A stretch of 64,000 bases of DNA, from the NCBI GenBank assembly GCA_037445145.1, contig JBBILB010000001.1, forward strand, positions 36,637 through 100,636. The letters are read 5' to 3'. Below, piece by piece: positions 60,659-64,000 of the stretch. Under the pieces are notes generated by a model that saw only the letters and a program-made list of their open reading frames with translations, searched no databases and had not been told where the DNA came from. Within the stretch, counting starts at the first letter, position 1. Every line of letters starts with the position of its first letter. A program made the translations under genes and the position numbers. The stretch is from Candidatus Woesearchaeota archaeon (GTDB lineage Archaea; Nanobdellota; Nanobdellia; Woesearchaeales; ARS49).

Positions 60659-61405
60659 ATGAAACTTGTTTTGGCAGACCCAACATACCTTAAAGACAGC
60701 ATAGCAGTCATTTCAGACCTTGTCAATGAGGCAAGGTTCAGGATATCTCGCGATGGGCTGGAAATGGTCGCAATGGATCCTGCAAATGTCGCAATGGTTG
60801 TTTACAAGCTCTTGTCAAGCGCCTTTACAGAGTATGATGTCCCAAAGGAAACTGAAATTGCCATAAACCTTGCTAATCTCAAGCAGGTGTTGAGAAGGGC
60901 AAAGGCAAATGATATTCTCACCCTGCAGGTTACTGAGGAGAACAAGCTCCAGATAATGCTCAAGGGCAGCACTGTGCGCACATTCTCCCTGCCAATAATT
61001 GACATTGAGGAAAAGGAGCAGAGGATACCGAACCTTTCATTCCCTGTAAGCGTCCAGACAAGCTCAACAGTCCTTAATGACGCAATTGAGGACGCTGACA
61101 TTGTTGCGGAATCAGTGACTTTTGCAGCAGAGCCCAGCAGGTTCAGTGTTTCTGCAGAAGGAGATTTGAGCAGGGCGCATATTGAGATGGTGCAAGGCAA
61201 TGACACAAAGGTAACTACTGAGAGTCAGGCAAAGGTGAAGGCAAAGTACTCGATTGAATACCTGAAAAAGATGATTCAGGCAGGCAAATTGGCAGATACA
61301 GTCACCATCTGCTTCAACCAGGATTATCCATTAAAGCTCGAATACAAGGTTGTTGACAAGTTGTTGCTGAGCTTTATTCTCGCGCCAAGGGTGGAGAACG
61401 ACTAA
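60659..61405 (+). CDS. pcn: DNA polymerase sliding clamp PCNA
   Basis: 249 aa with the PCNA family sequence. GGGGG RBS and TATA (TTTATATA) upstream. Confidence 0.8.
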   Translation: MKLVLADPTYLKDSIAVISDLVNEARFRISRDGLEMVAMDPANVAMVVYKLLSSAFTEYDVPKETEIAINLANLKQVLRRAKANDILTLQVTEENKLQIMLKGSTVRTFSLPIIDIEEKEQRIPNLSFPVSVQTSSTVLNDAIEDADIVAESVTFAAEPSRFSVSAEGDLSRAHIEMVQGNDTKVTTESQAKVKAKYSIEYLKKMIQAGKLADTVTICFNQDYPLKLEYKVVDKLLLSFILAPRVEND

Positions 61406-61415
61406 AAAAATAAGG

Positions 61416-61931
61416 ATGGCATACGCTGTTAATGACCCGACAAGGCAGCAATTCCTTCCTGGCTTCAGGCCGTATTTCACCAAGTTCTTCAAAAAATGTT
61501 GTGGAGATTATGATGGGGAGCCTGATTATTGTGACATTTCTTGTTCGGTTGGCTGTGAGAAACCTGCTGCAATCACGGCAATCTGGTTTGAAACGAAGCA
61601 ATACAAAAAGGATGATAAAAAGCCAAAGTTTCTCGGCTTTGACCGCTTACTTGATTACTCTGACAGGTTGTACGCGTGCTCTTCAGCGCACTTGGGAGAA
61701 ATCCTAACGCGGATAAGTGAGGACGCTCTTGAATTGCCTATTGAACCAGGCAGCAGACCTGACGTGGTTGTTAATGCGGAGGGCAGGATTGAGAAGGAGA
61801 TTTATGTGTGGCTGATGAAGGATATTTATGGTGTTATTCTTCGCCCTGATTTTTTTCAGACCAAAATCTGGTCGCAGGGAAGGGAATCGCTTGAACAATT
61901 GTGGGCAAGAGAAAAACGCCGTTTTATCTGA
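61416..61931 (+). CDS. Hypothetical Cys-rich protein
   Basis: CCGDYDGEPDYCDISCSVGCEKP segment; no recognised family. Confidence 0.3.
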   Translation: MAYAVNDPTRQQFLPGFRPYFTKFFKKCCGDYDGEPDYCDISCSVGCEKPAAITAIWFETKQYKKDDKKPKFLGFDRLLDYSDRLYACSSAHLGEILTRISEDALELPIEPGSRPDVVVNAEGRIEKEIYVWLMKDIYGVILRPDFFQTKIWSQGRESLEQLWAREKRRFI

Positions 61932-61961
61932 TGTTGGCAAAATTATTATAATGGGATTGCT

Positions 61962-62240
61962 TTGTCAGCGTGTATGCCGTACATTGAGCCGAAGGAAAGG
62001 AAAACAATTGACCCTGCACTAAAGCCCGCGCTCAAGGTACTGAAAAAGGCTGAAATCGGCGACCTGAATTACATTATCACGCGGTTCCTCTGGCAGTATT
62101 TGCAGGAAAAAGGGATAAACTACGCCAGCCTGAACAGCGCAATCGGAGTGCTTGAGTGCGCAAAACTTGAACTGTATAGGCGGATTATTGCACCTTTTGA
62201 GGACAAGAAGAAAAAGGCAAACGGCGAAGTCTACAAATAA
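61962..62240 (+). CDS. Small conserved-looking hypothetical protein (92 aa)
   Basis: Compact ORF with good start context. The motif NYIITRFLWQY...IGVLECAKLELYRRIIAPFED feels familiar from bacterial/phage small proteins, but I cannot name the family. Confidence 0.3.
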   Translation: MSACMPYIEPKERKTIDPALKPALKVLKKAEIGDLNYIITRFLWQYLQEKGINYASLNSAIGVLECAKLELYRRIIAPFEDKKKKANGEVYK

Positions 62241-62255
62241 TCGTGTAGGAAGAAG

Positions 62256-62302
<47 letters not shown>

Positions 62303-62303
62303 T

Positions 62304-62498
62304 TTACTTCTTTGTCGCGAGGTATATTGACCAGAGACCTGCAAGCCCCACGAGGATGTACACTATCTTGGTCACAATTCCTGTGCCCAATATTGCCTCC
62401 ACAAAATTAACCTCAAACAACCCTACAAGGCCCCAGTTGATTGCTCCAATGATTACCAGTATCAGGGCAATCACATCCACAGCTTTTTTTCCTGCCAT
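62304..62498 (-). CDS. DUF378-family small membrane protein
   Basis: 64 aa with two TM helices and an INWGLVGLF motif. Confidence 0.55.
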   Translation of the reverse strand: MAGKKAVDVIALILVIIGAINWGLVGLFEVNFVEAILGTGIVTKIVYILVGLAGLWSIYLATKK

Positions 62499-62566
62499 TT
62501 AAAATCACCTCGTTATACGCAGTATTGTGAATATAGATTATATAAGGTTTTCCTCAAAAAAAGGCA

Positions 62567-63025
62567 TTATTTCTTTGTGCCGTAATAGAACATCTTCTGG
62601 ATGTCAACATCGCCCGGCTTCCAGTCGCCCTGCCTTGGGTGCGCAGTTTTTGGCTCTGTCTTCAGCTCTGCCTGCTTTTCCTTTGGCTTTGGCGGCTGTG
62701 CTGACTTCACCCTGCTGAGCTCCTCGCGCAGGGAGTTGACTTCTGTAATGAGCTGGTTCATTGCGGTTCTCATTACATCTATCTCTTCGGCAAATGCATT
62801 TCTCATCCTTTCCATTTCTATCTGGAACTGCCTTGTTTCGATTAGATTAGGAGCAGGCGCTGTCTCTATGGTTACACTTTCCTGCTGTTCCTGTGCATTC
62901 TGCCTTGGCAACACTTGTATTATTTGCTGCGCCTGCGTGAAAGCTTCCTCTGACGTGCCTGCCATCTTGTGTTTCTTGAGCTCGTGGCTGAGGGCGTTTA
63001 TTCTCTGAAGCTGGTCCAAATCCAT
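62567..63025 (-). CDS. Coiled-coil protein, hypothetical
   Basis: Start taken at the internal MDLDQLQRI. Q/E-rich heptads; C-terminal GDWKPGDVDIQKMFYYG. Confidence 0.3.
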   Translation of the reverse strand: MDLDQLQRINALSHELKKHKMAGTSEEAFTQAQQIIQVLPRQNAQEQQESVTIETAPAPNLIETRQFQIEMERMRNAFAEEIDVMRTAMNQLITEVNSLREELSRVKSAQPPKPKEKQAELKTEPKTAHPRQGDWKPGDVDIQKMFYYGTKK

Positions 63026-63038
63026 TTTGTCATTCCTC

Positions 63039-63308
63039 TCACCGCAATTCAAAATAGCCGTCCTTGCCAAGCACAAAGCGCCTCTTGGGCTGCGGCTCTT
63101 CCTGCTGCTGCCCTGCTGTCGCAACAATCTCTTTTTTCGCTATTTCGACAGGCGGAAGCTTTTCGCGCTTGAACGGCACAAGGGCTACTGCGCATGCTTC
63201 GCAGTAATACTTCCTGCCTTCTTGCGTTGCTATGCACATCGGGCAGAGTTTTTTTCCGCACCAGTTGCACACGCCTTCCTGTTCCTTCCTGTGTGCTGGG
63301 CACCTCAT
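63039..63308 (-). CDS. Small double zinc-ribbon protein
   Basis: C-x-x-H/C pairs: CPAHR..CNWCGKKLCPMC..YYCEAC. Confidence 0.35.
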   Translation of the reverse strand: MRCPAHRKEQEGVCNWCGKKLCPMCIATQEGRKYYCEACAVALVPFKREKLPPVEIAKKEIVATAGQQQEEPQPKRRFVLGKDGYFELR

Positions 63309-63312
63309 TTGT

Positions 63313-63978
63313 TCACGTGTTTTGTCCGAAGTTTTCCTTGATGAACTGCACCATCATTTCGTTGTTTGCGAGCCTGTATGCCTGCAGTGCTGCCGCGAAA
63401 AGGTTCTCCCTTAGGCAGATGTCACCGAGCGCAGAGAGCTTTTCCTTGTCCCCTGCAAGCTCGTACGCCTTTAAGGCATAACCAAGCTGGTTTTCCTGCA
63501 CGCACTTGTCTCCGACAAGCACAAGCTTTTCGCGGTTCTTTATTGCAGAAAAGACCTCAATCGCGTGGTCCCACTTGCCTCTTGCAAGGCAGTCCTCGCC
63601 GACTTTTGCAAGCCTTTCTGCGTTGTTTATTGCCCTGAATGCCTTGATCGCATCTCCAAGGCGTCCGTCCTCAAGGCACTTGTTGCCGAGCTTGAGCAGT
63701 TTTATGTTGTTGTCTGCAAGGTTGTAGCAGTCTATTGCGTTGCTGTACAATGCGACGCGCTCATAGTCCTCGCCTATTTCTGTGAGCTTTGCCTTGTTTC
63801 CGGCAAGGATGAACGCCTTTACTGCATCATTGAGTTTTCCCTTGCGCTGGTATTCCTCGCCAAGCACGTTGAGCACATGCCTCCTTGTCACCTCGTTGAA
63901 CATTGAGAGGTTGATGTTGTCAAGCCCTTTCTCAAGGAGTGTTGGCAGTATTTTCCTGAAATTGTCGGCACTGGACAC
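63313..63978 (-). CDS. Helical-repeat (TPR/HEAT-like) protein
   Basis: About five ~38-aa repeats of the pattern L.KLG..CL..G.....A.KAF....N.EKL. Confidence 0.4.
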   Translation of the reverse strand: MSSADNFRKILPTLLEKGLDNINLSMFNEVTRRHVLNVLGEEYQRKGKLNDAVKAFILAGNKAKLTEIGEDYERVALYSNAIDCYNLADNNIKLLKLGNKCLEDGRLGDAIKAFRAINNAERLAKVGEDCLARGKWDHAIEVFSAIKNREKLVLVGDKCVQENQLGYALKAYELAGDKEKLSALGDICLRENLFAAALQAYRLANNEMMVQFIKENFGQNT

Positions 63979-64000
63979 TGTTTCTGCCTGCTTTACCTCG

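Overview
This window looks archaeal and gene-dense. Archaeal markers include topoisomerase VI A/B, a DnaG-type primase, RIO kinase with a KH partner, PCNA, NAC-alpha, ABCE1, Sec61-beta, and the S13-S4-S11-RpoD-L18e-L13-S9-RpoN ribosomal cluster. It also carries a full-length GyrA, as seen in gyrase-bearing Euryarchaeota and DPANN lineages. I call six tRNAs (Thr, Cys, Arg, Leu-GAG, His, Leu-CAA), a stand-alone 5S rRNA, an SRP (7S) RNA and an RNase P RNA. Several ORFs in the supplied track overlap these RNAs and I treat them as spurious. The first ~11.6 kb reads as a lipid-linked-sugar / glycosylation island. It holds a cytidylyltransferase, a class III aminotransferase, a Gfo/Idh/MocA oxidoreductase, a GT-C-like membrane transferase, two NAD-epimerases, an FAD oxidoreductase, a UbiA prenyl/phosphoribosyl transferase and a pair of 4-TM SMR/EamA half-transporters. 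It resembles the actinobacterial decaprenyl-phospho-arabinose logic. Other housekeeping genes: SecDF, PyrG, lactate permease, TrmI, TrpRS, LeuRS, a presenilin-like protease, RNase J, a SET-domain methyltransferase and ScpB. The observations I find most interesting are: (1) three of the six tRNAs are followed 42-74 nt downstream by a direct copy of their own 3' end (att-like scars); (2) a ~40-nt core sequence occurs in two intergenic regions 38 kb apart; (3) two divergent paralogs share an HExxxH..MNSY..EGL(A/S) core, a MATCAP/DUF1704-like metallopeptidase signature; (4) a tandem triplication of a novel small coiled-coil module lies divergent from the scpB operon; (5) a ~950-bp IS481-like element with 13-bp target-site duplications and a multiply frameshifted transposase sits next to RNase P RNA; (6) a 42-nt poly(A) tract. 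No CRISPR array, integrase or obvious defence cassette was found.
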